A stretch of 64,000 nucleotides of DNA, taken from Macrostomum lignano. Its lineage: Eukaryota. The stretch lies in contig NIVC01000869.1 in NCBI GenBank assembly GCA_002269645.1, forward strand, positions 310,001 to 374,000, given 5' to 3'. A model generated the notes under the pieces. That model ran no database searches and was not told the origin of the DNA. It was given only the letters and a program-made list of their open reading frames with translations. Below are positions 26,801-40,315 of the stretch, piece after piece; within the stretch, counting starts at the first letter, position 1; every line of letters starts with the position of its first letter. Made by a program: the position numbers and the translations under genes.

Positions 26801-29800
26801 TGCTTGCTGTCTGGGAATGCTTGCTATCTGGGGATGCTTGCTATCTGGCGATGCTTGCTGTCTGGGAATGCTTGCTATTTGGGGGATGCTTGCTATCTTG
26901 GGATGCTTGATATTTGGGGGATGGTTGATATTTGGGGGATGCTTGATATTTTGGGGATGCTTGCTGTCTGGGAATGCTTGCTATCTGGGGGATGCTTGCT
27001 ATCTGGGGATGCTTGCTGTCTGGGGATGCATGCTGTTTGGGGATGCTTGCTACCTGGGAGGATGCTTGCTGTCTGGGAATGCTTGCTATTTGGGGGATGC
27101 TTGCTGTCTTGGGATGCTTGATATTTGGGTGATGGTTGATATTTGGGGGATGCTTGATATTTTGGGGATGCTTGCTGTCTGGGAATGCTTGCTATTTGGG
27201 GGATGCTTGCTGTCTTGGGATGCTTGATATTTGGGGGATGCTTGCTACCTGGGGGATGCTTGCTGTCTGGGGATGCTTGCTATTTGGGGGATGCTTGATA
27301 TTTTGGGGATGCTTGCTGTCTGGGGATGCTTGCTGTCTGGGGATGCTTGATATTTGGGAGATGCTTGATATTTTGGGGATGCTTGCTGTCTGGGGATGCT
27401 TGCTGTCTGGGGATGCTTGCTGTCTGGGGATGCTTGATATTTGGGGGATGCTTGCTTCCTGGGGGGATGCTTGCTTTCTGAGGATGCTTGCTGTCTGGGG
27501 ATGCTTGCTGTCTGGGGATGCTTGATATTTGCGGAATGCTTGTTACCTGGGAGGATGCTTGCTACCTGGGAGGATGCTTGCTGTCTGGGGGAATGCCTGC
27601 TATCTGGGGATGCTTGCTGTCTGGGAATGCATGCTGTTTGGGGAAATGCCTGCTGTCTGGGGATGCTTGCTATTTGGGGGATGCTTGCTGTCTGGGAATG
27701 CTTGCTATTTGGGGGATGCTTGCTGTCTGGGGATGCTTGATATTTTGGGGATGCTTGCTATCTGGGGGGTGCTTGCTTTCTGAGGATGCTTGCTGTCTGG
27801 GGGGATGCTTGCTATCTGGGGATGCTTGCTACCTGGGGGAATGCTTGCTGTCTAGGGAAATGCCTGCTGTTTGAGGATGCTTGCTATTTGGGGGATGCTT
27901 GCTGTCTGGGGATGCTTGATATTTGGGGGATGCTTGCTATCTGAGGAATGCTTGCTACCTGGGAGAATGCTTGCTGTCTGGGAGGATGCCTGCTGTCTGG
28001 GAGGATGCCTGCTGTCTGGGAGGATGCTTGCTTTCTGGGGGGTTACTTGCTGTCTGGGGGATGCTTGCTATCTGGGGATGCTTGCTGTCTAGGAATGTTT
28101 GCTATTTGGGGGATGCTTGCTGTCTGGGGATGCTTGATATTTGGGGGATGCTTGCTATTTTGGGGATGCTTGCTACCTGGGAGGATGCTTGCTGTCTGGG
28201 GGAATGCCTGCTATCTTGGGGTTGCCTGCTGTCTGGGAGGATGCTTGCTTTCTGGGGGGTTACTTGCTGTCTGGGGGATGCTTGCTATCTGGGGATGCTT
28301 GCTGCCTAAGGATGCTTGCTGTCTGGGAATGCTTGCTATTTGGGGGATGCTTGCTGTCTGGGAGGATGCTTGCTATCTTGGGGATGCTTGCTATCTTGGG
28401 GATGCTTGCTACCTGGGAGGATTCTTGCTGGTTGGGAGGATTCCTGCTGTCTGGGAGGATGCTTGCTTTCTGGGGGTTACTTGCTGTCTGGGGGGATGCT
28501 TGCTATCTTGGGGGATGCCTGCTGTCTGGGGATGCTTGCTGTTTGGGGAAATGCCTGCTGTCTGGGGATGCTTGCTATCTTGTGGGATGCTTGCTATTTG
28601 GGGAATGCTTGCTACCTGGGAGGATGCTTGCTGTCTGGGAGGATGCCTGCTGTCTGGGAGGATGCCTGCTGTCTGGGAGGATGCTTGCTATCATGGGGGA
28701 TGCCTGCTATTTGGGGGATGCTTGCTACCTGGGAAGATGCTTGCTGTCTGGGAGGATGCTTGCTATCTTGGGGGATGCTTGCTGTCTGGGGATGCTTGCT
28801 TTTTGGGGGATGCTTGATATTTTGGGGATGCTTGCTGTCTGGGGATGCTTGCTGTCTAGGGATGCTTGCTGTCTGGGGATGCTTGCTATTTGGGGGATGC
28901 TTGATATTTTGGGGATGCTTGCTGTCTGGGGATGCTTGCTGTCTGGGGATGCTTGATATTTGGGAGATGCTTGATATTTTGGGGATGCTTGCTGTCTGGG
29001 GAAATTCCTGCTGTCTGGGGATGCTTGCTATCTTGTGGGATGCTTGCTATTTGGGGAATGCTTGCTACCTGGGAGGATGCTTGCTGTCTGGGAGGATGCC
29101 TGCTGTCTGGGGTTGCTTGATATTTTGGGGATGCTTGCTACCTTGGAGGATGCTTGCTGTCTGGGAGGATGCTTGCTATCTTGGGGGATGCTTGCTACCT
29201 TGAAGGATGCTTGCTATTTGGGGATGCTTGCTATTTGGGGGATGCTTGCTACCTGGGAGGATGCTTGCTGTCTGGGAGGATGCTTGCTATCTTGGGGGAT
29301 GCTTGCTGTCTGGGGATGCTTGCTATTTGGGGGATGCTTGATATTTTGGGGATGCTTGCTGTCTGGGGATGCTTGCTATTTGTTGGATGCTTGCTACCTG
29401 GGGGGATGCTTGCTGTCTGGGGATGCTTGCTATTTGGGGGATGCTTGCTATTTGGGGGATGCTTGATATTTTGGGGATGCTTGCTGTCTGGGGATGCTTG
29501 CTATTTGGGGGATGCCTGCTACCTGGGAGGATGCTTGCTGTCTGGGAGGATGCTTGCTATCTTGGGGGATGCTTGCTGTCTGGGGATGCTTGCTATTTGG
29601 GGATGCTTGCTACTTGGGGGGATGCTTGCTGTCTGGGGATGCTTGCTATTTGGGGGATGCTTGATATTTTGGGGATGCTTGCTTTCTGGGGATGCTTGCT
29701 GTCTGGGGATGCTTGATATTTGGGGGATGCTTGATATTTTGGGGATGCTTGCTGTCTGGGGATGCTTGCTGTCTGGGGATGCTTGCTGTCTTGGGATGCT

Positions 29801-32800
29801 TGATATTTGGGGGATGCTTGCTATCTGGGGATGCTTGCTATTTTGGGGATGCTTGCTGTCTGGGGATGCTTGCTATTTGGGGGATGCTTGCTACCTGGGG
29901 GGATGCTTGCTTTCTGAGGATGCTTGCTGTCTGGGGTTGGTGCTTGCTTTCTGGGGATGCTTGATATTTGCGGAATGCTTGTTACCTATGAGGATGTTTG
30001 CTGACTGGCGGAATGCCTGCTGTCTGGGGGGATCCTTGCTATCTTGGGGGATGCTTGTGACGTGCTTTAAGGATCTGGGGTTGCTCGGATCTGGGCCTGA
30101 AGATCTTAGTATCCCACCGCTATCACCAGTGAAGCGTCGTGGTATCTGGCTGCTAGGGTGAGGCGGACTGCTATTGGCCGAGGCAACCTTAGCAAGCACG
30201 CTTGTGGGGGTTGAGACTGGGGAGAAATCTAAGATCAAGGGTATAGTGCTGCCACCAGCGTGGGAACCGTAGGATCCGCAATGAAGGGGTCTGTTTGGGC
30301 TCCACGCAAATAAGTAACGCTAAAACAACTAGTCTCAGATATTTCAATGTCCAAGTGACAGGACTCAATGGTAGCAAAATGGCCTGAGCGGCGCAGTCCT
30401 GGCACTGAAAAATGTCCGCGCTTGAGCGTGTCTGAGTTTAGCTCTCAGAGGACCCCTAACTCCTACTAACCTAATAGCTAAGTCTCGCGCAGATGGGCGG
30501 CGAGGAATAGGTCTATGCGCCTGAAGCAGCAATAGACTCTAGGCCTATAACTAACAGCTAGTTCTTAGAATCGCGCACGAGTGCTGCGACTGCACACTCA
30601 CTCTCACTCTTATTCGCGCCTGTGTCGCGAATAGACTAGCAGAATGGCTTCAGCCAACTGATTTCCTGCCAATAGGGTAGGCTGGGAAACCAGAGCTGTA
30701 GCACTAGCAATGCTCTACCAAGACCTGCTCAGGAGCGTGCTTTCTGCTTGAGCGCTGCAATGCTCTACCGAGACCTGCTCAGGAGCTTGCAGCTGCTTAG
30801 CGATGCTTATAGCTCTACCAAGACCTGCTCAGGAGCTTTGCTTCGCTGTTAACCGGCGCTAGAGCGCTAGACTTGGAGAAGGCTCTCGACAAGTCTGAAT
30901 AGCGGTCAAAACGGTTCTGAGGAAAAATTCAGACAGACGGGCCTGCATTCGTTAATATAGAACGCGGAGGGTGGAGCGTTTGGGCATTCCGTGGCTTGAC
31001 CATGGAACTGCAGCCGAAAAGTGCGGATAATGATGCACAACAGATATTGATTAAACATGGGGGAAAGAGTAGCTTGTACGAAACGCCGACAGTCGCCTCA
31101 AGCCACCAGTGACAATAGCATGCCAAATTTGGGCTTGTGCGCACAAGGCTGCACGTGAGGGAGGGTTCAGCTCGGGACACGGGGTCCGCGAAACCCTCAG
31201 TCTAAAAATAGAATGACTCATGGGGAGAGGCTCGGACGCAGGAGGAACGAGAGAGCAGAAGGGGGAAGGGTCCAGCGAGCGCACGGGGGAGGAGTGCGGC
31301 TAACTAGACTTGCGTACTCTGAGCGATTGTACGCGGCAGGCCAGGCAACAACAGAACAGGCAAGCGCCAAATTTGGCGGCTTCCACTAACTAACCCAAGG
31401 CTAGGCAAAACTTCCTAATTTCCTATGTTAAAGATTGCGCCATATTGTGCAACTTCTGAGCGCCAAGGAAGGCTGCTTGGAGTGCATGGAGGCAGCAGAA
31501 AATTCCTATTCCAGATACTAGCGGCGGACAGCAGTGCCTAAGATGTGACTGCGGCCCTATGCTTGCAGCAGAAGGCTGCGGCCACATCACTTGCTGTCTG
31601 GGGATGCATGCTGTTTGGGGAAGTGCCTGCTGTCTGGGGATGCTTGCTATCTTGTGGGATGCTTGCTACCTGGGAGGATGCTTGCTGTCTGGGGATGCTT
31701 GATATTTTGGGAATGCTTGCTGTCTGGGGATGCTTGCTGTCTGGGGATGCTTGATATTTGGGGGATGCTTGTTACCTGGGAGGATGCTTGCTATTTGGGG
31801 GATGCTTGCTTTCTGAGGATGCTTGCTACCTGGGAGGATGCTTGCTGTCTGGGGATGCTTGATATTTGGGGGATGCTTGCTTTCTGAGGATGCTTGCTGT
31901 CTGGGGTTGTTGCTTGCTTTCTGAGGGGTTACTTGCTGTCTGGGGATGCTTGCTGTCTGGGGGGTTACTTGCTGTCTGGGGATGCTTGCTGTCTGAGGAT
32001 GCTTGATATTTGCGGAATGCTTGTTACCTGGGAGGATGTTTGCTGACTGGCGGAATGCCTGCTGTCTGGGGGGATCCTTGCTATCTTGGGGGATGCTTGC
32101 TGTCTGGGGATGCATGCTGTTTGGGGAAATGCCTGCTGTCTGGGGATGCTTGCTATTTGGGGGATGCTTGCTGTCTGGGGATGCTTGCTGTCTGGGAGGA
32201 TGCTTGCTATCTTGTGGGATGCTTGCTATTTGGGGAATGCTTGCTACCTGGGAGGATGCTTGCTATCTGGCGATGCTTGCTGTCTGGGAATGCTTGCTTT
32301 TTGGGGGGATGCTTGCTGTCAGGGGAGGCTTGATATTTGTGGGATGCTTGATATTTTGGGGATGCTTGCTACCTGGGAGGATGCTTGCTGTCTGGGAGGA
32401 TGCTTGCTATCTTGGGGGATGCTTGCTATTTGGGGGATGCTTGCTATTTGGGGGATGCTTGCTACCTTGAAGGATGCTTGCTATTTGGGGATGCTTGCTA
32501 TTTGGGGGATGCTTGCTATTTGGGGGATGCTTGCTACCTTGAAGGATGCTTGCTATTTGGGGATGCTTGCTATTTGGGGGATGCTTGCTACCTTGAAGGA
32601 TGCTTGCTATTTGGGGATGCTTGCTATTTGGGGGATGCTTGCTACCTGGGATGATGCTTGCTGTCTGGGAGGATGCTTGCTATCTTGGGGGGATGCTTGC
32701 TACTTGGGAGGATGCTTGCTGTCTAGGGATGCTTGCTGTCTGGGGATGCTTGCTATTTGGAGGATGCTTGCTGTCTGGGGATACTTGCTATCTGGGGATA

Positions 32801-32960
32801 CTTGCTATCTTGGGATACTTGCTATCTGGGGATACTTGCTATCTGGGGTCGCTTGCTGTCACCACTGTACAGGACGGTAGGAGCCGGTAGGGGGATGCTG
32901 TCTGGTCGGACACTTGCTGTATGGGAGGATGCTTGCTGTCTGGTGATGCTTGCTATCTGA
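23880..32960. repeat. 18/19-bp satellite (GATGCTTGCTRTCTGGGG) interrupted by an LTR-like insertion
   Basis: Arrays at 23880-30057 and 31590-32960 with many variant units. Confidence 0.98.
30058..31589. mobile_element. 1.53-kb solo-LTR-like element (Ty3/Gypsy-type termini)
   Basis: Termini TGACGTG...CACATCA (6/7 inverted match, TG..CA); 4-bp TSD CTTG (30054-30057 / 31590-31593); internal GCTCTACC(A/G)AGACCTGCTCAGGAGC x3; no recognisable ORF. Confidence 0.78.
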
Positions 32961-34386
32961 GGATGAGGAGCATGGGTATTAATGTACTATTGTAAGTATC
33001 TAAATAAGCGAGCTTCTCTCTTCTCTTACTTCGTGACTCGAGAAATTTCTTAATGAAATTTTGTCTATGGTAAGAATGTGGGGGCTTCGCCCCCACACCC
33101 CCAGCAGGGACTTTGCCCCGTACACCCCAATCCTCAACTTCAACCATAGACATATGTATGGCTTCGGGATTTATCTGAATACATCCCGCAAAATTGAGTT
33201 AGTTTAAATAAGATATTCTATGCGTTTTTCGGTCGGTATTTCACTTAAATTCACACAAGTGAAATTTTCAGTCTCATTTCACGCACATGCGCTACCCAGT
33301 AATAAATTTGAAGTATGCCGAGATCGCATTCTGCGCAGCTAGATGGCAGAAATTTCATTCGGGACCATTGCGCTTGATTAAAAATAATTAAAAAGGTAGT
33401 GAATGCGAAAACGTTTATCATCAGTATTCCCGGACAGAGAGGGGAGGTTTGATTATATTGTAGAGAACTTTAAATTATAACGCACTACTTAAAGTAATAT
33501 TCTAATAAATTAATTTAAACTCACAATCTATTTTTAGAATGAGTCATGATGAGTCATATCTATTTCTAGAAATTCTATTTTTAGAATGAGTCATATGCAA
33601 ACAGAAGTGACTCAGGGCCCTACGTAGGACTGACGTTTATTTAATCAAGGAACCGGTTCTCGGGAATTTTACTTGCTGAATTCCATATATGGAAATGATC
33701 AAACAGTCATGACCTCCTAATCAAACATACGTGACCTAAGTAAATAACCGATTTTAAACCAGTTTTTCACCCAAATTTTACTATAAATATAAGCGAAAAT
33801 CCGAGTCAAAAATTCAGACTCGGAGCGGTCTCAAGGAAGACTTTGGAATACGTTAACCGAAGAAGACTCATCTCTGAGAGAAGAAATCCGGATAGATTGG
33901 TAAGCATTTACCCGATTTAGTTATTTGTTACTAGTGCTAATAAGTTGATTAATTGAGTTTACGAGAGCCACTTATTGTCGACACATTTGAGAAAGGCCTC
34001 CTTGTTTCCTAGGATACATTCCTAGAGGACTTATTGATTTGAATTGTGTTATCCGTTACGTTTCGGACGTAACAAAGAAGACGCCCTTCAGGAGGACCTG
34101 TTACAGATTTAAAGAATTCAATTGTACATAAGGGCGCACGTTCTATTGTTAATTCCGAGCTCGAGGACCGTCAAGAATTCTGATTCGCTCTCGTTTGGTC
34201 GATCCTCAGATAAAGTTAAGGACTCCAGGAGACAACAGCTGTTCACCGGAACCGGCCGCCGTAACCGCTCAGCAAGCTTGCTATCCCTACACGCTACAAG
34301 ACTCCACCGACTATCGACTCCAAGAGGATCCGCTGCAGTAAGTTATTCGACTTGTGACTAAAAACTGTGACCGACAGAAATAACTC

Positions 34387-36198
34387 CTACTTCAGGACAG
34401 TCAATACAATTTAATACAGCTGGCATATGCGTCATGTGTATTAGTCACTGTGGCGTATTTATTTCGAAACCAAAACTGGACGGCTTCAAAGATGCAATCC
34501 CTTGGGGGAAAAACTTTTGCTAGATTGATAAGCTATACCAAATCATTCTAGCGCTCCGATACCAATGAGAACAATCCGGCCGGCCCTACACTATGCGGGA
34601 GGCATATAAACAGCACCCCGGCACCAATTTCATGAATCATGATGGGTAATTTGCAGATGCAGCTGTGCGTTACATGTAAGGCCGACGCACAAACTTACGT
34701 CCGACATGAGGACCTTGAAGGGGGCTTCTCAGTGGCCACCAATATGACAGGGGGAAGAGCTGTCAGGACATGGACAGAGGGCGATAATGTCCTCCTACAC
34801 TACAGCCCTGACTAACACTCCTGAACAGCAATAATTCTACTTCAGGACAGTCAATACAATGAGAACTCTAGCCAAAATTTAATGCAGCTGGCATATGCGT
34901 CATGTGTATTAGTCACTGTGGCGTATTTATTTCGAAACCAAAACTGGACGGCTTCAAAGATGCAATCCCTTGGGGGAAAAACTTTTGCTAGATTGATAAG
35001 CTATACCAAAGCATTCTAGCGCTCCGATACCAATGAGAACAATCCGGCCGGCCCTACACTATGCGGGAGGCATATAAACAGCACCCCGGCACCAATTTCA
35101 TGAATCATGATGGGTAATTTGCAGATGCAGCTGTGCGTTACATGTAAGGCCGACGCACAAACTTACGTCCGACATGAGGACCTTGAAGGGGGCTTCTCAG
35201 TGGCCACCAATATGACGGGGGGAAGAGCTGTCAGGACATGGACAGAGGGCGATAATGTCCTCCTACACTACAGCCCTGACTAACACTCCTGAACAGCAAT
35301 AATTCTACTTCAGGACAGTCAATACAATGAGAACTCTAGCCAAAATTTAATGCAGCTGGCATATGCGTCATGTGTATTAGTCACTGTGGCGTATTTATTT
35401 CGAAACCAAAACTGGACGGCTTCAAAGATGCAATCCCTTGGGGGAAAAACTTTTGCTAGATTGATAAGCTATACCAAAGCATTCTAGCGCTCCGATACCA
35501 ATGAGAACAATCCGGCCGGCCCTACACTATGCGGGAGGCATATAAACAGCACCCCGGCACCAATTTCATGAATCATGATGGGTAATTTGCAGATGCAGCT
35601 GTGCGTTACATGTAAGGCCGACGCACAAACTTACGTCCGACATGAGGACCTTGAAGGGGGCTTCTCAGTGGCCACCAATATGACAGGGGGAAGAGCTGTC
35701 AGGACATGGACAGAGGGCGATAATGTCCTCCTACACTACAGCCCTGACTAACACTCCTGAACAGCAATAATTCTACTTCAGGACAGTCAATACAATGAGA
35801 ACTCTAGCCAAAATTTAATGCAGCTGGCATATGCGTCATGTGTATTAGTCACTGTGGCGTATTTATTTCGAAACCAAAACTGGACGGCTTCAAAGATGCA
35901 ATCCCTTGGGGGAAAAACTTTTGCTAGATTGATAAGCTATACCAAAGCATTCTAGCGCTCCGATACCAATGAGAACAATCCGGCCGGCCCTACACTATGC
36001 GGGAGGCATATAAACAGCACCCCGGCACCAATTTCATGAATCATGATGGGTAATTTGCAGATGCAGCTGTGCGTTACATGTAAGGCCGACGCACAAACTT
36101 ACGTCCGACATGAGGACCTTGAAGGGGGCTTCTCAGTGGCCACCAATATGACGGGGGGAAGAGCTGTCAGGACATGGACAGAGGGCGATAATGTCCTA
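34387..36198. repeat. 468-bp tandem repeat, ~3.9 copies
   Basis: CTACTTCAGGACAGTC starts at 34387, 34837, 35305 and 35773; the first unit lacks an 18-bp block. Confidence 0.97.
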
Positions 36199-36409
36199 CA
36201 ACCGACACCACGGCAACCGACCGACACCGACACCAAGGCCCAAGGGAGGACTGAAGCATGTCGAGAAAACAGAACTTATATAATAATTGGCTTATCATGA
36301 AAAGTAGTCCGGGTTATTAAACAGTCATAGCTCGCTCTTGGCAGGACTATAAATCTTGTTTTACAAATTTATAGTCCTGCCTTTTTTCTAACCATGTCCG
36401 TGAATCTTA

Positions 36410-37480
36410 TTGAGATGGTAGATTGCGTTAGACTCGCACTCGTGTTTGGCCATTATTTCAGTCCCTTACCTACTACCATGGATGAAGGAATAGAAAGGAT
36501 CGCTCTCTGAAAGCGAGTCTATGGCTAAGATTTTCTAAAAATTGGGATATTCCCCCCATGAATTTCATTGGCTGCTAGAATTTAATAATAGTCTCCCCCC
36601 CCCTTTAAGTTATTAATGGCTGAAGCTTGTGCGCGGGGGAAATTCACGATTAACGCGCGTGCTAGGCTGTAGTATTAACATAGATAACCTTTTCTCTTGT
36701 TGTAAATGCTAATTTCTTTCCCTTAAGCCGTCGTGGCCCAGAGAAAGAAAGCAGTTATAGATTTCAAACGTTAATCGTGACTTTGGAATTTCCCCCGCGT
36801 ACAATCTTCAGCCAGTAAGAGCTTAGGGGGGGGGACTATTATTAAATTCCAGCAGCCAATGAAATTCATTAAGGGTAGTATCCCAATTTTTAGAAAGTCT
36901 TAGCCATAGACTCGCTTTCAGATGAGCGATCCTTTGTATTCCTTCATCCATGCCTACTACGCAACGTCATTGTCTATAAGACACATAGAGGCCATTATTT
37001 TAGCATAGCGTGCTCTGGCGGCCATTATTTCAGCGTGTCGGAAGCGGTCATTGAGTGACTAAAATTTATCATTGTCTACCTCCAAAACCATATACACAAA
37101 CACATTGTCCAGAAGACACAGCCTGGCGTAATGACAAACTCAACTGGCCATTATTTCAGCTACTTCTCGTCAGCTCAAGCCTATCATCAGCTTATTCATT
37201 TATAGTCTATGGCCCAACAGCTTTTTTATTTATAGTCTATGGCCCAACCACCGCCCTCTTTACGCAGTCGCACGCACGCAGACTCTTACCCTGAAATAAT
37301 GACCGCTTCCGGCACGCTGAAATAATGGCCATGCTGTGTCTTATAGACAATGACGTTGCGTAGTAGGTAAGGGGCTGAAATAATGGCCAAACACGAGTAG
37401 ACTCGTGTCTCGTCTCACGAGTGGCACTCGTGTTTGGCCATTATTTCAGCCCCTTACCTACTACGCAATCTACCATTGTC
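36410..37480. mobile_element. Foldback-like element with multiple inverted arms
   Basis: Arm CACTCGTGTTTGGCCATTATTTCAG.CCCTTACCTACTACGCAA occurs at about 36437 (+), 37345-37399 (-) and 37426-37468 (+); GGCCATTATTTCAG motif recurs about 8 times in both orientations. Confidence 0.65.
36477..36952. mobile_element. hAT-type MITE, 476 bp
   Basis: Long TIRs starting CATGGATGAAGGAATA (about 180 bp, imperfect) and a perfect 8-bp TSD CCTACTAC (36469-36476 / 36953-36960). Confidence 0.88.
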
Positions 37481-39256
37481 TCATGAATGTATTTTTAGAA
37501 GCCTAAAATAATGATTCCTAAGCGTGGAATAATGAGCGTACAGCATGACACAATGACATAGACATACATATTGATGTATTAATGCATGGATGTAGCTTAT
37601 TTGAAAGTGAGCTTCTGCTGGCCTCCGCTGGCACCGCCACAGGCGCCCGCTCTAATCTGCGGCCGCTGTGATCTGATGTTTACCGGAATTTTGTAAGACG
37701 CTTGTGCAAAGAACCGGACCTTAGCTTGGTAACAGTTCATTAGCTTGTAGATAAAAATGACGTTGTTTGTGTTATAGTAGTAATTGTGTGTGATGTAGTA
37801 GTACTTGTTTGGTATACTTATTGCAGTAATAGCAAACCCTGCAAAACATATGTCTTTCTATTTGTAAAACATTGCTTTTTTGTCCATTAAAATTGCCTAA
37901 ATATCATACTTTGCCTATATATGCACACAATACATATTATCTTGCCTAAATTTTGTTAATACGAGCGTAATTGGCCGCCATTTTTAATGAAATCACTATA
38001 TGTACGAGCAAAATAAATCTGTTAGGAAGCAACTTGTCGTCGGCCTCTCCCGTTTTGGCCTCAGCATTAGCACTGAACATTTGTTATAAAAATAGATCTG
38101 ACTCAGTGTCCCTCATTTAAAGGCTTCCCTTTTCCCAAGAGGCTTTGTTCAGCTATAAGCGTTCGGCCTTCCCCCCTTCTCCCCAAGAGAACATACAGTC
38201 TCTTCCCGAGTGATTACCTCATCCCCCCCTTTCAGTTGAACAGGCGTGCTGCCTTCCCCTATCCCCAGACCTCCTGTCTAACCTGGCGTTCTGCCAACGA
38301 TCCCTCATCCAGACTTACTGTCTACCCAAGGCCTTTACCTATCCATAAACCCTTCCCTAAATATTAGGCATCCTGCCTCCCTACCCCATTAGGCCTTTTT
38401 TCCTAATTGACCTCATCCCAAATATTATGCATTTGGCTTCCTTATCCCATTAGGCCTCCCGCCTACTTAACTCTCTTCCAACTATTAGGCGCCCTGTCCC
38501 TTTTCCCTATTCCCTATTAAACGCCTTACCCTCTATACCAGCATTCCCTACTAGATATTGAAATTTACCATTTACCATTAGTGTGCCCCGTTTCCCAGGC
38601 TACTCTAATCCATCGCGTACACTCACGTTAACAGGAGTTTCTTTAAGCTTACTCCATATAGTAGTCTAGTTTGAATACCTTCCCCAATTCATCCCTTAGG
38701 CTCCATTAACCCTGTACAAAACTAGAAGCGTCGATTACGATCCCTCCAGAGCCAAAAGGTCCGTCACATTTGCATCCATTTACAAGCATTGTAATCGATA
38801 TTTGCAACTCGCTTTCCAACTGGCAGAATTTCTGCTTTGCAGGGTGGCTCCACTGGAACTGGCCGGCTTGACGGAGGAGCTCATCTTAAAATGTTTCAAA
38901 TTTTGATGCACAATATAATTCGCACATTTTCATCGCCACATATTCATTCTGAGCATTTTGCACCGCCACTATGCATTTATTTTCACATTCATTATTTTAT
39001 TATTTGAATCCAAGTCATTGCTGTCAGGCTAGTGCCGCCAAAGTTGCTCCGTATATTTCTGCATCTCAAGGTGATGGGAATGTAATATAGAAGTCTTTGT
39101 GTTTGCAGGCTGAGAGGTCGCAATCGCTGAGTTATTTGTGAGTGCTGAGACATTCTACTACAGTGGTCTCTGCCACCGGTATAAAATCAAGTGAAACTAT
39201 CCAGTGCTTATAAAGACTCTGTTAAATAAAGACCAATATCAAGTTTTTTTAAAGCA

Positions 39257-40315
39257 GTATTGAGACTGCACAGCTGAGGTATTGAGACTGCACAGCTGAG
39301 GTATTGTGAGTGCACAGCTGAGGTATTGAGACTGCACAGCTGAGGTATTGTGAGTGCAGAGCTGAGGTATTGAGACTGCACAGCTGAGGTATTGAGAGTG
39401 CACAGCTGAGGTATTGAGACTGCACAGCTGAGGTATTGAGTGCAGAGCTGAGGTATTGAGACTGCACAGCCGAGGTATTGAGACTGCACAGCTGAGGTAT
39501 TGAGAGTGCACAGCTGAGGTATTGAGACTGCACAGCTGAGGTATTGAGAGTGCACAGCCGAGGTATTGAGACTGCACAGCTGAGGTATTGAGACTGCACA
39601 GCTGAGGTATTGAGACTGCACAGCTGAGGTATTGAGAGTGCACAGCTGAGGTATTGAGACTGCACAGCTGAGGTATTGAGACTGCACAGCTGAGGTATTG
39701 AGACTGCACAGCTGAGGTATTGAGTGCAGAGCTGAGGTATTGAGAGTGCACAGCCGAGGTATTGAGACTGCACAGCTGAGGTATTGAGAGTGCACAGCTG
39801 AGGTATTGAGACTGCACAGCTGAGGTATTGAGTGCAGAGCTGAGGTATTGAGACTGCACAGCTGAGGTATTGAGAGTGCACAGCTGAGGTATTGAGACTG
39901 CACAGCTGAGGTATTGAGTGCAGAGCTGAGGTATTGAGACTGCACAGCCGAGGTATTGAGACTGCACAGCTGAGGTATTGAGAGTGCACAGCTGAGGTAT
40001 TGAGACTGCACAGCTGAGGTATTGAGACTGCACAGCTGAGGTATTGAGAGTGCACAGCCGAGGTATTGAGACTGCACAGCTGAGGTATTGAGACTGCACA
40101 GCTGAGGTATTGAGACTGCACAGCTGAGGTATTGAGAGTGCACAGCTGAGGTATTGAGACTGCACAGCTGAGGTATTGAGACTGCACAGCTGAGGTATTG
40201 AGACTGCACAGCTGAGGTATTGAGACTGCACAGCTGAGGTATTGAGACTGCACAGCTGAGGTATTGAGAGTGCACAGCTGAGGTATTGAGACTGCACAGC
40301 TGAGGTATTGAGAGT
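39257..40315. repeat. 22-bp minisatellite (GCTGAGGTATTGAGACTGCACA), ~48 copies
   Basis: Direct reading; 20-bp deletion variants are interspersed. Confidence 0.98.

Noticed and set aside
23847-32960. Dozens of Cys/Gly/Leu-rich ORFs (GDACCLG...)
   Set aside because: Translations of the 18/19-bp satellite in all frames; same for 54576-55830.
33078-33130. GC hairpin GTGGGGGC-TTC-GCCCCCAC as a Helitron end
   Set aside because: No CTRR terminus or A/T target context nearby.
33600-34075. Possible LTR (TATA at 33781, ends ...CGTAACA)
   Set aside because: No matching TG start, TSD or PBS could be identified.
34730-36180. 468-bp units as tandem LTRs (TGTCA...TGACA separated by a PPT-like GGGGGAAGAGC)
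   Set aside because: Array boundaries fall about 35-45 bp inside the putative LTR rather than at TG/CA, and no PBS or TSD was found.
38795-38809. 15-nt match (GTTGCAAATATCGAT, minus strand) to ~17764
   Set aside because: Does not extend in either direction; compatible with chance.
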